Positions 22,892 through 36,183 of a DNA stretch of 64,000 nt are shown here, piece by piece. This stretch comes from Mobula hypostoma. Lineage: Eukaryota. Position numbers and translations under genes: made by a program. The stretch's first letter is position 1. Each line of letters opens with the position of its first letter. The stretch is taken from NCBI RefSeq assembly GCF_963921235.1, contig NC_086097.1, forward strand, positions 1,922,001-1,986,000, read 5' to 3'. A model generated the notes under the pieces. That model was not told where the DNA came from, did not search any database, and saw nothing but the letters and a program-made list of their open reading frames with translations.

Positions 22892-23432
22892 TATTTACCC
22901 TTCTTGTTTTTTCTTCACTGTTTTAATGGAGGTCGGGATTGAGGACGTGATTTTAAGTTTAACTCTGTTTGGTTTCAAGTTAGCCCATTGCTTTGCTTTG
23001 CTTTTAGTTAGTTGCACGGTGGGTTTTTTTTTGGGTTTTTTTTTCTTTTTTTTCCATTGATATATATAAAATCTAGTATACTATTATGTTATCTTGGTTT
23101 CTTATGCTTAAATTACATTGTTTGTAGTATTTTCTTTTTGGTATTGTTATCTTTTGGAATTTTATTATACTTTAACATTGTATTAATGTTTATATGGCTT
23201 ACCTTTTTTGTATACTTACTCAATAAAAAGATTTAAAAAGAAAGAAAAGAAAAGAAAGAAAGAAAGATTGTTGGGAACTCAGGAAATTGGTGTGTTCTCA
23301 AAAAATCCCCTGTATTAACTGTGAATTGCAAAAGGGTGAAATTTGCTACTGAATTGAGTATTTCTCAGTCTACCAGTGGTCCATTGATAGTTCAGGAAGG
23401 GGCAATTATTTCAAGCTCTTCTTGATCTGGAT

Positions 23433-23637
23433 CAGCGGTCCCAACCTCGTTTATGCCCTGGACTCCTGCCGTTAACCAAAGGGTCCATCGACCCTAGGCT
23501 GGGAAGGCTGCCGTTAACCGAAGGGTCCATGGACCCTCGGCTGGGAACACTGCCGTTAACCGAAGGGTCCGTGGACCCTAGGCTGGGAACCCTGCCGTTA
23601 ACCGAAGCGTCCATGGACCCTAGGCTGGGAACCCCTG
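23433..23637. mobile_element. Small hAT (Buster-type) MITE with an internal 42-bp x4 tandem amplification
   Basis: TIRs CAGCGGTCCCAACC and GGCTGGGAACCCCTG; 8-bp TSD ATCT(G/A)GAT at 23425-23432 and 23638-23645. Confidence 0.82.
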
Positions 23638-24081
23638 ATCTAGATCCTTGTTAATTTGCCCTGGAACCTTTAAGGACTATTCTCCCTCTGTGATAAATAA
23701 AGAAGACTGATGTTAACTTTAGAATAATTAGTAAATGACAGTTTTGCCACTGTAGACCACAGTCTGACAGAAATTGTTTTAAATTTTAAAAATCCCAGTA
23801 TAGGTTATTGTACATGCATGATGTAAATATTTTGGCAAATGTAAATGCAGTTGTTAATTATCATTGCTGATTTTGATGGGTGGGGATTTATTTTGCGACA
23901 GGGGTAAATTTGTAATTATATTCCATTCTGATATGAAGCATACACTTTACGGTGAAATGATCTGAAATTGATCCCATGTAAATTTATTTAAAGAAGTCTT
24001 GTGCAATTTAGAACCCTGGAATGGTCTGTGTAATGAAGCATTGCTGACTGATTCAACTTCTACACTTGAATTTGATTTTAG

Positions 24082-24210
24082 GATACTGAGGCTCAACAGT
24101 TAGGTGAGGTAGAATCGTTCAGGGAACAAATTCAAGAACTACAAGAACAAATCCATTCACTACTGGCATCCAAAAAGGAAATGGAAGCTGAACTAGAACG
24201 TCAGAAACAG
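24082..24210 (+). CDS. GOLGA5: GOLGA5 exon (DTEAQQLGEVESFREQIQ...ELERQKQ)
   Basis: ttttag|...CAG|gtatgt, 129 bp, phase 0/0. Confidence 0.93.
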
Positions 24211-24429
24211 GTATGTGTCAAAGTAAAATCAGGTTCAAGACCAAGTTTGTTGTCATTTCACTGTACATGTATACAACAAAATGAAACAAAATTCCTCCAG
24301 GCTGTGGTGACTCACAATACGTATCACACACAGCAGATAAAACAAAATATTAACACAAATAAGTTCACACAATATAAAATGCAAAATATTAACTAGTTTT
24401 GATAAAGCTTTGATTGTGTGATGGACCAC

Positions 24430-24650
24430 AGGGGTGTGCAGATGCAGTTTGTTGGAACTCAGCAGGTCAAATGGCATCAGTGTGAGGAAGTGAATTGCTG
24501 TGGTTTTGGGTAGAAACCCTGCATAAGAGAGGGTGAAAGGCCACCTTTTCTTTGGATGTCTTGAAGCAGGGTTTTGACTCGACAAGTCGATAATCCACTC
24601 CTTATGCAAATGCTGCTCCATCTACCGAGTTGCTCCAGCAGATTATTGAG
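24430..24650. mobile_element. Old inverted pair of Penelope-type terminal repeats
   Basis: ggaactcagcaggtca...gaaaccctgcat mirrored by agggttttgactcga...gagttgctccagca; hammerhead core decayed. Confidence 0.5.
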
Positions 24651-25933
24651 CACCATCCAGTGTGCGGCCTCAGAGTGTTTCTATAAAAAGGTGAAATCAT
24701 TATTGTGAGTATCAACAAAATAAAATGGTTTCTAACTTTTTCAATGATGTGACATGTACCTAGAGGTATTTAAAACTATTAAATCATAGTTCTTTAGCAT
24801 CTCAGTAATGGGCGTAATGTTCAATGCATCGTTACATTTCTTGAATCTTGTTGAAAATGGACCTGGTAAGTCAGAAGCTGTGAACAGTTATGTGGTGGAA
24901 TGCCACGATGTTCCCCTTTTACAGAGCACCTAAGTAAATAAAGCTTACATTAAATTGATGCGTTAAAATTATTTATTTCAACGGCATAAGACATAGGAGT
25001 AGCACAAGGCCATTTGGCCCATTGGTTTGTTCTGTCATTCCATCGCAGTTGACTTGTTATCTCTCCCAACCCCATTCCTTTGCCTTCTCCCGGTAATCTT
25101 TGATGCCCTGACCAATCAAGAACCTATTAACCTCTGCTTTAAATATACCCAATCACTTGGCATGCCTGGGGCGATAAATTCCACAGACTAACCACCCTCT
25201 GGCTAAAGAAATTCCTCCTCATCTAAATGGATCTTACTCAATTCAGAGCCTGTTCCTTCTGGTCCTAGACTCCCCCTCCTGTGAGATGTGGGATTTCAGG
25301 GTATCTAACAGTCTCCCTGGTGATGGCTTCTGCAGGAATTGCACCCAAATTCAGCTCCTGACTGACAAGGCCAAGGAACTGGCGCTGGATGTACTGAGGA
25401 CCATCGTGGAGTCTTTTACCGAGGTGGTCACGCCCAGCGTGCAGGCTTCGGGTAGTAGATGGATGGTGAGCAGCCAGATGTCGTGCTGCACTTTGCCACC
25501 AGTGACAGGTAGAGAGGGGGTCCTGTGCAGTAAGTGTAGGGAACTAGGGAAGAGATTGAAGAGCAGGATGTCAAACTGGGATTACTCCCAGTGCAACGTG
25601 CTTAATCGGGGTAGGAGTAGGATGGTAGGACAGATAAATGAGTGGCTGAGGAAATGGTGCAGGGGGCAGGGGGTCAGATTTCTGGATCATTGGGATCTGT
25701 ACAAAAGGGATGGGTTGCACCTGAACCCGAGGTGGTCCAATATCCTCACAGGTAAGCTGTTTGGGAGGGTTAAAACAAATTTGGCACATGAATGGAAATC
25801 AGAGTGACAGAGCTGAGGATGGGGCAGTTGGTAAACAAGCGGAGGCAGTGTGTACTGAGACTGAGAAAGGACAGGTAGGTGGCAGCAAAATTGCAGTCGA
25901 TGGGATGAATTGAATTGTAACATGGAGGCAAAA

Positions 25934-27042
25934 CTCTCCTGTCTTTGGCATTTACCCATTCTTTGTAAACTCTATCTAGACTAATAGAACTTCCATCCAA
26001 TTGATAGCTTTTGATTCTCATTAACATATCCAAATGACATTCACCTAAATGGCTTCTCGGCTTGTTTTTGAGTTGATTCATTAGGCTAAAACCTCGCTCA
26101 CAGTCCGCACTAGACGCAAGAAAGGTTCCCCCAATGTCCATCAACTGTGTGAGGTCGCAAAACTGTTCATTTTGAAGTACAAATGCCACCATTCGAGCAA
26201 AGTTTGAAATCAGTTTGGATTTAATTTTTTCTTGCATGGAAAATTTGAAATCATTAAGCTGTCCAACTATTACAGTATTTTCAACTAGAAAATCATGATA
26301 TTTTAGACATAAGGCATTAACTTGTTTATCGCCAAATGTGAGGTCACAATCTGCAATTGCGGAGAAATCAAAAGCTGACCTTTCTTGTACCTCAACTTCA
26401 GGAAACCTTTCTTCTAAATGAACACAAAGACAACAGAGAACTTGTATCTACTGTCACGTTTTCTTCACGTTGTTGGCTTAGCAAAACTTTAACTTTGTCA
26501 CTCCACGAAACATTGTCTCCCAGATACTGCTTTATTATCTTGTTAATTTTGTCTCGTGCAAAATGAAGTGAATCAATCGGTGTCAGGCCACCCTTTTGCA
26601 GAATCTTGCACAGTGCAGCCAGTTCATCAAAGACATCACTTAAAACCTGTAAAGCAACTTTGTATGTGATGTTTATCAATTTCTTGTGACAGTATTTAGC
26701 CACAGGGTCACTTGACTGATCTTTTTCAATAAAAACTTAGTAAGTTATCTACAGGATTTGAAACCGATCTTTGTAAACTACAATATGAACACTGTCCGCC
26801 AAAGATGGCTGCCGCCGTGATGCAGCTGTACAAACCGGAACGGGAAAGGTGAGGTGACGTAAATTAGTGAGTGACGTGCATTGTGGTATTTGAAAAACTG
26901 CCTAACTAGTTAACAGAAATATTTAGCTAAAAGATTATTTTCAATAAGTATAATTATTAATTACTACGTTATTTTACCTTTTGTGCGCACATTAATTTCC
27001 TTTGTGCGCTGGTTGCACGCGCACAGCTTATAGGGAACTTAG
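25934..27042 (-). mobile_element. Internally deleted hAT transposon remnant
   Basis: hAT dimerisation motif ASSADCERGFSLMN.LK..RSHL (ORF 25770..26237) and LQVLSDVFDELAALCKILQK; TIR-like cacagcttatagggaacttag at ~27022-27042. Confidence 0.8.
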
Positions 27043-28265
27043 CCTACAAGGTATCTTTTTAGAGCAGCTTATGGTTGAGCCCTCTAGGGGGAAAGACAAT
27101 TCTGGTTTGGGTGTTATGTAATGAACCAGATTTGATTAGGGAGCTTAAGGTAAAGGAACCCTTGGGAGGCAATGATCATAAAATGATAGCATACGCCCGG
27201 CATTTTAAGAGGGAGAAGATAGAGTCAGATGTATCAGTATTACAGTGGAGTAAAGGGAATTGCTGGGGCATGAGAGGGAACCTGGCCGAAGTTGATTGTA
27301 AGGGAACACTAGCAGGAATGGTAGCTACACAGCAATGGCTGGTGTTTCTCGGGGCAACTTGGAAGATGCAGGATAGATACATATTTTAAAGGCAGGATAT
27401 GGTAACCGGGTCTTTTGAGGGCATATAATATTGCAAAAATTAGTGGGACTTCAGAGATTTGAAAAATATTTAAAAACCAACAGAAAGCAATTAATAAAGC
27501 CGTAAGGAGAGAAAAAAAAATATGATGGTAAGCTAGCTAATAGTATTGAAAAGGATACCAAAAGTCTTTCCAGATATATAAAGAGTTAAATATATATGAG
27601 AGTGGAAATGACTAACACGAGAGGACACAGTTTTAAGGTGCTTGGGAGTAGGTACAGAGGAGATATCAGACGTAAGATTTTTACGCAGAATGTGATGAGT
27701 GTGTGGAATGGGCTGCCGGCGGTGGTGGTGGAGGCGGATATGATAGGGTCTTTTAAGAGACTTCTGGATAAGTACATGGAGCTTAGAAAAATGGAGGGCT
27801 ATGGGTAACCCTAGGTAAATTCTAAAGTAAGTACATGTTTGGCACAGGATTGTAAGCTGAAGGGCCTGTAGGTTTTCTATGTTCTTTTTCTGTGATGTTG
27901 ATGAGGTAGTAATGGGGAACAAAGAAATGGTAGGCAAACTTAGTAAATAATTTGCTTTAATCTTCACTGTGGAAGTCGCCAGCGTATGCCAGAAATCCGC
28001 GAGTGTCGGGGCAAGAGTGAGAATAGCTCCTATTACCAAGCAGAAGGTGCTCGGAAAGTTGAAATGTCTGAAGTTAGATAAGTCACCTGGGCCAGATGGA
28101 CTATACTACTGGGTCTGAAAGAGGTGTCTGAAGAGATTGTGGAGGCATGAGTAATGATCTTTCATCAAGAGTCACTAGATTCTGGAATGTTTCCAGAGAA
28201 AAGTTGTGAATGTTCCTCTACTCTTTAAGAAGGGAGGGAGGAAGAAGAAAGGAAACTATAGGCCA

Positions 28266-28983
28266 AAACCAAGGAGATATCTTCCTCCTTCAAAGAAAGG
28301 GGGTTCCCTTCCTTCACCATCAATGCTGCTGTCACCTGCATCTCTTCCATTTCGCACACATCTACCCTCACGCCATCCTCCTCCCATCTCACCAGGGATA
28401 CGGTTCCTCTTTTCCTCACCTACCACCCCACCAACCTCCGCATCCAGTACGTAATTCTCTGAAACTTCCACCATCTTCAACAGGATCCCACCACCAAGCA
28501 CATCCTTCCCTCCCCTCCACTTTCTGCTTTCCTTAGGGATTGCTTCCTATGTAACTCCCTTGTCCATTCGTCCCTCCCCACTGATCTCCCTCCTGGCACT
28601 TACCCTTGCAAGCAGAACAAGTGCTACACCTGCCCCTACACCTCCTTCCTCACCACCATTCAGGGTCCCAAACAGTCCTTCCAAGAGAGGCGACACTTCA
28701 CCCGTGAGCCTGTTGGGGTCATCTACTGAATCCGGTGCTTCCTGAATATCCATGAGACCCGAGGTCGATTGGGAGTCCGTGTTGCCGAGCATCTGTGCTC
28801 CGTCCGCCAGAAAAAGCAGGATTTCCCAGTGGCCACCCATTTTCATTTCTCTTCCTGTTCCCATTTGAACATGTTCGTTCACGGCCACCTCTACTGCTGC
28901 GATGAGGCCACACTCAGGTTGGAGGAGCAGCTTTATGTTCTGTCTGGGTTGCCACCAACTTGATGGCATGAACATCGATTTCT
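28266..28983 (+). mobile_element. Older Penelope-like GIY-YIG fragment nested in CR1
   Basis: Clearly homologous to 50073-50720 but diverged and frameshifted; interrupts CR1 NYRPV, with TA(G/A)GCCA at both junctions. Confidence 0.8.
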
Positions 28984-31900
28984 TAAGCCAGTTAGACTGA
29001 CCTCAGTGGCTGGAAAGATGTTGGAGTCGATCATTAAGGATGAGGTCCCAGGGTACTTGGAGGCACATGAGAAAACAGGCCGTAGTCAGCATGGTTTCTC
29101 AAGGGAAAATCTTGCCTGACAAATCTGTTGGAATTTTTTGAGGAAATAACAGGCAGGATAGACAAAGGAGAGTCAGTAGATGTTGTTTACTTGGATTTTC
29201 AGATGGCCTTTGACAAGGTGCCACACAGGATGCTGTTAAACAAGATAAGAGCCTGTGGTTTTACAGGAAAGATTCTAGCATGGACAAATGACTGGCTGAC
29301 TCGTAGCAGGCAAAGAGTGGGAGTAAAAGGGCCTATTTTGATTGGCTTCCACTGACAAGTGGTGTTGTGCAGGGGTTGGTATTGGGACCATTTACTTTCA
29401 TGGTACATGTCAGCGATTTGGATGACAGTATTGGTGGCTTTGTGGTCAAGTTTGCAGACGATGCAAAGACAGGTGGAGGGGCAGGTAGTGTCGAGGAAGT
29501 AGAAGGCTTTGGACAGATTGGGAGACTTGATGAAGTTGCAGATGGAATACAGTGTGGGGAAGTGTATGGTCATGCACTTTAGTAGAAGGAATAAAGGCAC
29601 TGACAACTTTCTAAATGGGTAGAAAATTCAAAATTCAAAAATTAGAGATGTGAAAGGACTTGTGAGTCCTGGTGCAGGATTCCCTAAAGGTTAACTTGCA
29701 GGTTGAGTCTGTGGTGAGGAAGGCAAATGCAATGGTAGCATTCATTTTGAAAGGACTAGAATATAAATGCAAGCGTGTAGTGCTGAGGCTTCATAAGGCA
29801 TTGGTCAGACCGCACTGGGAGTATTGTGAGCAGTTTTGAGTCCCTTGCTAAGAAAATGTGCTGACATTGGAGAGGGTCCTGGGGAGATTCATGAGAATGG
29901 TTACTGGAATGAAAGGGTTAATGTATGGGGAGCATTTAGCTCTGGGCCTGTACTTGGAATTTATTATCAAGGTACATATATTCGTTGTCTTGTGGGCATA
30001 CTCTGTAAATCCAAGAAACACAGCAGAATCAATGAAGGACCATACCCAACAGCGGCCTCGTACGTTAACCATTTTGTTCCCAGAATCATTCACGCAAACC
30101 TCCTCTGGACCCTCTCTGATGCCAGCACATCTTTTGTTAGATAAGGGGCCCGAGAAAAAGGTTCCATGTATTGGCATGGATAGAGGATTGGTTAACTAAT
30201 AGAAAGCAGAGAGTTGGATACATGGGTGTTACTCTGGTTGGCAGTCAGTGGTGAGCGGTGTGCCACAGGGGTCAGTGCTGGACCCACACTATACATGATT
30301 TACATTAACGATCTGGAAAGGAGACTGAGTGTAGTGTACCTAAGTTTGCTGATGACACTAAATTGAGAAGAAAAGCAAATTATGCAGAAGTTACGGAAAG
30401 TCTGCAGAGGGATATAGATAGGTTAAGTGAGTGGGCAAGGGTCTGGCAGATAGAATACAATGTTGGTAAATGCGAGGTCAATCACTTTGGAAGGAAAAAT
30501 GAAATAGCGAATTATTATTTAAACAGTAAAAAATTGCAGCATGCTGCTGGGCAGAGGGACTTGGGAGTGCTTGTGCATGAATCACAAAAGGTTGGTTTGC
30601 AGGTGCAGCAGGCTGTCGAGAAGGCAAATGGAATGTTGGCCTTCATTGCTAGAGGGATTGAATTCAAGAGCAGGGAGGTCATGCTGCAACTATACAGGGT
30701 ACTGGTGAGGCTGCACCTGGAGTACGTTGTGCAGTTCTGGTCTCCATACTTGAGGAAAGATATACTGGCTTTGCAGGTGGTGCAGAGGAGGTTCACCAGG
30801 TTGATTTCAGAGATGAGGGGGTTAGACTATGAGGAGAGATTGAGTCACCTGGGATTAATTGCTGGAATTCAGAAGAATGGGAGGAGATCTTATAGAAACA
30901 TACAAAATTATGAAAGGGATAGATAAGGCAGAGGCAGGAAAGTTGTTTCCACTGGTCGGTGAGACTAGAACTAGGGGACATACCCTCAAGATTCGGGGTA
31001 GTAGATTTAGGACAGAGATGAGGAGGAACTGCTTTTCTCAAAGAGTGGTGAATCTGTGGAATTCTCTGCCCAATGAAGCAGTGGAGGCTACCTCAGTAAA
31101 AATATCCAAGACAAGGTTGGATAGATTTTTGCATAGTAGGGGAATTAAGGGTTATGGGGAAAAGGCAGATAGGTGGAGATGAGTCCATGGCCAGATCAGC
31201 CATGATCTTATGAATGGCAGAGCAGACTCGACAGGCGAGATGGCCTACTCCTGCTCCTGTTTCTTAAGTTCTTAACGTTCTTAAAACTGCACACAGTATT
31301 CCAAGTGTGGTATGACCAAAGCCTTTTAAGCCTCAGCGTAACGTCCTTGCATTTATAGTCTAGTGTCATTGAAACCTATTGAATATTGAAAGGCTTTGGC
31401 AGAGTGGATGTGGAGACGATGTTTCCGATTGTGGGGATGTCTACGACCAGAGGACACAGCCTCAGAATAGAGGAACGCCCATTTAGGACTGAGATGAGGA
31501 ACTTCTTTCGTTAGAGGGTGGTGAACCGTGGAATTCATTGCCACGGACAGCTGTGGAGGCCAAGTCATTGAGTATGTTTAAAGTAGAGGTTGATAGGTTC
31601 TTGATTAGCAGGGCATCAAAGGCAGGAGAATGGGGTTGAGATGGATAATAAATTGGCCCTGATGGAATGGTGGAGTAGACTCAGTGGGTCGAATGGCCTA
31701 ATTCTGGGGAAACATTCTCCCCACATCCTCTATATTGAGCCTTCCAATATTTGAAAGGGTTCAATGAGATGCCCCCTCATTCTTCTGAATTCCAGTGAAT
31801 ACAGGCCCAGAACCATCAAAAGCTTCTCGTATGTTAACCATTTCATTTCCAAAATCATTCCCGTGAACCTCCTGCTTTTCTAGACTCTGTAAGGCTTCAA

Positions 31901-32170
31901 TGTAGGTACAATAGCACATCAGGATGCTAACATTTGCAAAGGATTTTGCTTTTTAAGAATATGAACTGTGTTCTGTCAGACTATTTCATAAATATCAAAA
32001 TAGTTGACGACAATTAGCTAAGAGCTGTTTCTAATGGAGTTCATCTGTAACCACACGGAAGGATAACTACAATATTGGTGTGTGTAAATATCATCAGTCT
32101 GTGAGAGGTTAAGTTCCTGTGCATTTTTAGTAAGTAATTACTTGTATTTTTCCCTCCCTGTTGAATTCAG

Positions 32171-32269
32171 GAGTTTCAATATATAGAAGATGAACTTCAC
32201 CGTACAAAGAACACACTGCAGATGAGAGTGAAGGATCGAGAGGACGAAATTCAGAAACTCCGGAATCAG
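32171..32269 (+). CDS. GOLGA5: GOLGA5 exon (EFQYIEDELHRTKNTLQMRVKDREDEIQKLRNQ)
   Basis: ttcag|...CAG|gtagcg, 99 bp, phase 0/0. Confidence 0.95.
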
Positions 32270-32994
32270 GTAGCGCTTCAGATGATTAGTTTGTATTCAC
32301 ATGAAGTAGTTTTATTCTCTCTTTCAGAGATTCTATTGTAATGTAGTAAGTACTCTTTATTTTTGTAATGCAAGTGTGGCTGGCAAAGGCAGTATTGATA
32401 TTCCCGCCCTCATCCCCACGAGGAGCTGATTACTGCTATTGTTGATCACTGGGACATAGACTGGCAACACTGCTTGACAGAATACTCTGTCCTGGGCCAG
32501 TCTTTCACGTTTCTCCAGCTTGGTAAGATCCTTCTTCTCCCAGGGATGAGGTCTCCGGGGCTTCTGTTGGCATTTCAGTAGCTCTGGGTGTTTATGGAGT
32601 AGGGTTGCTAGCCCATGGCCAATCTGCCTCTTCTCACAGCTGGGTTGGGACTGTCTGTGGTGGATTTTCCACCAAGAACTGCAGCCGTCTGTATAATACA
32701 GGTATTCCGAAAGTACCATTAGGTAGTGGCCCAGTAATAACGAATAACAAATAAATATGCCGAGCTTGCAAGGATTGCTAAATCCTGATAAAGGGTTTTG
32801 GCCTGAAATGTTGGTTGTGTTCACTTCAGAATCAGGTTTAATAGCACTGGCATAACTCGTGAAATGGAGTTTTACAACAGCTGTACGATGCAAAGCATAA
32901 TCAACAAATTATGAATTACAATAAGATATATATTGCAGATAATTTTTTGATATATATATATATATTGAAAATGTAGTGCAAAATGAGAGCAAAA

Positions 32995-34720
32995 AATAAA
33001 TGCCAACATTGCATTTGCCTTCTTTACCACAGACTCAACCTGTGAATTAACCTTCTGAAGGTTTTGCATGAGGACGCCCAAGTCCCTCTGCACCTGATGT
33101 TTGAACCTTCTCCCCATTTAGACAATAGTCCGCACGATTGTTCCTTTGACCAAAATACATTATCATACATTTCCCAACACTCTATTCCATCTGCCACTTT
33201 TTTTGCCCATTCTTCCAATTTGTCTAAGTCCTGCTGCAATCACATTGTTTCCTCAGCACTACCTACCCCTCCACCTATCTTCATATCATCCACAAACTTT
33301 GCCACAAAGCCATCAATTCCATTATCTAAATCACTGACAAACAATGTGAAAAGGAGCAGTCCCAATACTGACCCCTGAATCACTGGCAGCCAACTAGAAA
33401 AGGCCCCTTTTATTCTCACTTGCTGCTTCCTGGCTGTCAGCCATTTCACTATCCATGCCAGTATCTTTCCTGTAAAGCCATAGGATTTTATCTTGTTAAG
33501 CAGCCTCATGTGTGGCACCTTATCAAATGCCTTCTGAAAATCCAGGTAAATGACATCCACTGCCTCTCCTTTGTCCACCCTGCTTGTTACTTCCTTAGAG
33601 AACATGTAACAGATTTGTCAGGCAAGATTTCCCTTTACAGGAACCATGCTGACTTTCACTTATTTTATCATTAGTCTCCAAGCACCTTGAAAATTCATCC
33701 TTAATAATGGACTCCCAACACTTTCCCAACCACTGAGGCTAGACTAACTGGCCTATAATGTCCTTTCTATTGCCTTCTTCCCTTCTTAAAGAGTGGAGGG
33801 ACATTTGTAATCTTCCAGTCCTCTGGGACCATGCCAGAATCCAGTGATTCTTGAAAGATCATGACCAATTCATCTGTTACCTCTTCAGCAACCTCTCTCA
33901 GGACTCTGGGATGTAGTCCATCTGGTCCAGGTGACTTATCCACCTTAAGACTTTTGAGTTGCCCAGCACTTTTTCCTTATTATCAGCAGTGACACTCACG
34001 GACCTCTGGCACACAGCTAGTGTCTTCCACAGTGAAGACAGATGTAAAGTACCCATTACATTCATCAGCCATTTCTTAGTCCCCATTACGACCTCACCAG
34101 CATCAGTAACATCCTCTGGAGGGAAAACACCGGGAATGTCCTCTGCAGAGTCATTATTGGTAGTGTCCGTTATTTAGAGTGTCACTGATGGTAACATCCT
34201 CTAGACAGTCACCGCCGGCCGTGTCCCCCCGAGGGTCGCCGTCGGCTGCGTCCCCCCGAGCATCACTGTCGGCCGTGTCCTCCGGAGGGTCACCGCTGGC
34301 AGCGCCCTCCCGAGTGTCATCATCCCTTATGAGTCGAAGATCATCCAGCTGCTGCACCAGATTCCTTACACGGTGTTCCAGATCGCCCAGCTATATGCAC
34401 TTCTGGCAGATGAGACTCTGTGGGAGAGGGTCGTTCCCCCAAGACTGCCACATCTCACATGAGAGGCACATCACCGTCTCAGGAGGCATTGTAAAAACTA
34501 ACTGCAAGCAAGCTTGTCCTCCGCCTCTTCTCGTCGAAGCCTCTCGAGTCAAAGTCTCAAAGCTCCACTCCTTCACTGGCCCACTCACTCACTGGCCACT
34601 CCACTTGAGCTATCCCTCTATTTATCTGTTTGAGCTTTTCAAAATGCTTGACCACCTGACCTCGACTGCCCAATCAGCTGCTTTCTGCTGAGTCTGAGCT
34701 ATTCAAATCTTGATTGTCTA
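32995..34720 (-). mobile_element. Degenerate CR1 RT fragment with an adjacent CR1 ORF1/5' segment
   Basis: DFQKAFDKVPH (33240..33605); MPPETVMCLSCEMWQ..CQKC ORF1 zinc finger (~34390-34490). Confidence 0.8.
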
Positions 34721-35329
34721 ATCAATGGCTTTCTGCTGATCTTCTAATGAAATATAGCCACAGCCTTGTCTTCTTTATAACTGTGTTGATATGTTGGGAC
34801 CAGGTTAGATCCTCAGAGATCTTGACACCCAAGAACTTGAAATTGCTCCCTCTCTCCACTTCTGATCCCTCTGTGAGGATTGGTGTGTGTTCCCTCTGCT
34901 CTTTGGTCTGACTGACATTGAGTGCCAGGTTGTTGCTGTGACACCACTCAGCTAACCAGTATATGCCACTCCTGTAGGCCCTCTCATCACCATCTGAGGT
35001 TCTGCCAGCAATAGTTGTATCTGCAAATTTGGTAGAAGGAATAAAAGCATTGAATATTTTCCAAATGGTGGGAAAATTCCATATTCAGAGCTGCAGAGGG
35101 ACTTGGGAGTCTTGTGGAGGCTTCCCCAAAGGTCGATTTATAGCTTGAGTTGGTGGTGAGGAAGGAATGTTAACATTCATTTGAAGCGGACTAGAATATA
35201 AAAGAAAGGATGTAATGCTGAGGCTTTATAAGGCCTTAGTCAGACCCCACTTGGTGTATTGTCAGCAGCTTAGCGTCCCTTACCTGAGAAAAGATGTGTT
35301 GGAATTGGAGAGGATCCAGAGGAGGTTCA

Positions 35330-36183
35330 TAGAGGAGGATGACGAGACAGTCTACAGAGACGAGGTCCAGCACCTGGCCGTGTGGTGTGCCAACAACAAC
35401 CTGGCCCTTAACACCCAGAAGACCAAGGAGATCATTGTGGACTTCAGGCATGCCAGGAGTCACACTCACGTCCCCATCTACATCAACGGAACTGTAGTGA
35501 AGTGTGTAGCAAGCTTCAAATTCCTTGGTGTCCACATTTCCGAAGATCTCATCTGGTCCCTGAACTCCTCCATCCTGATCAAAAAGACGCAACAGCACCC
35601 TTCTTTCCTGCAGAGTATCAAGAAAGCTCACCTCTGTCCCAGGATACCAAAGGACTTTTACCGCCGTACCATTGAGAGCATACTCACCAACTGCATCTCA
35701 GTGTGGTATGGCAATTGTCCAGTTTCGGACCACAAAGCAAACCAGCGTGAGGTGAAAACTGCCCAGCGAATTATCGACACCCAATTGCCCACCATTGAGA
35801 ACATCTACCATAAACGCTACCTGGGCAGGGTGAAAAGCATTATCAAGGATGCATCTCACCCTAACCATGGACTTTTTACTCTCCTCCCATCCGGTAGGTG
35901 CTACAGGAGCCTCCACTCCCGCACCAGCAGGCACAGGAAGAGCTTCTTCCCTGAGGCTGTGACTCTGCTGAACCTCACATCACAGCGCTAAGCAGTATTG
36001 CACCCGTATTGTACTGTCTCAGTACTTTTATATTTGTGTGCTGTAGCACTTACGTTTTATTCGCAGTTATTTTGTAAATAATACTATTCTTTGCATTTCT
36101 GGTCAGATGCTAACTGCATTTCATTGGCTTTGTATCTGTACTCGGCACAATGACAATAAACTTGAATCTAATCTAATCTAATA
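35330..36183 (+). mobile_element. L2/Rex-like LINE 3' fragment nested in a CR1 (35030-36635)
   Basis: LNTQKTKEIIVDFR, FKFLGVHISEDL.W, LLPSGRCYRS; AATAAA plus (AATCT)n tail; interrupts CR1 QRRF|RMIPG. Confidence 0.85.

Larger units (their letters stand above)
17340..23261 (+). mobile_element. Full-length L1-clade LINE in a GOLGA5 intron, sense orientation
   Basis: 15-bp TSD GAAAGATTGTTGGGA at 17325-17339 and 23262-23276; two open ORFs; AATAAA at 23222 followed by an A-rich (GAAA)n tail. Confidence 0.95.
25280..31275 (+). mobile_element. Mosaic of degenerate CR1 elements (ORF1, endonuclease, RT, tail) with nested insertions
   Basis: YKRDGLHLN (ORF1 esterase, 25286..25807), KEPLGGNDH (endonuclease), DFQMAFDKVPH, LEYVVQFWSP, tail at ~31260. 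Confidence 0.8.

Noticed and set aside
25770..26703. Domesticated hAT-derived gene (ZNF862/KIAA1586-like)
   Set aside because: Fragmented reading frame, internal deletion, retained TIR-like end, nested in CR1
35215..35991. 258-aa ORF as a host gene (ALKBH8 N-terminus/DUF1891-like)
   Set aside because: Chance fusion of a CR1 fragment to an L2/Rex-like RT 3' end with its own microsatellite tail
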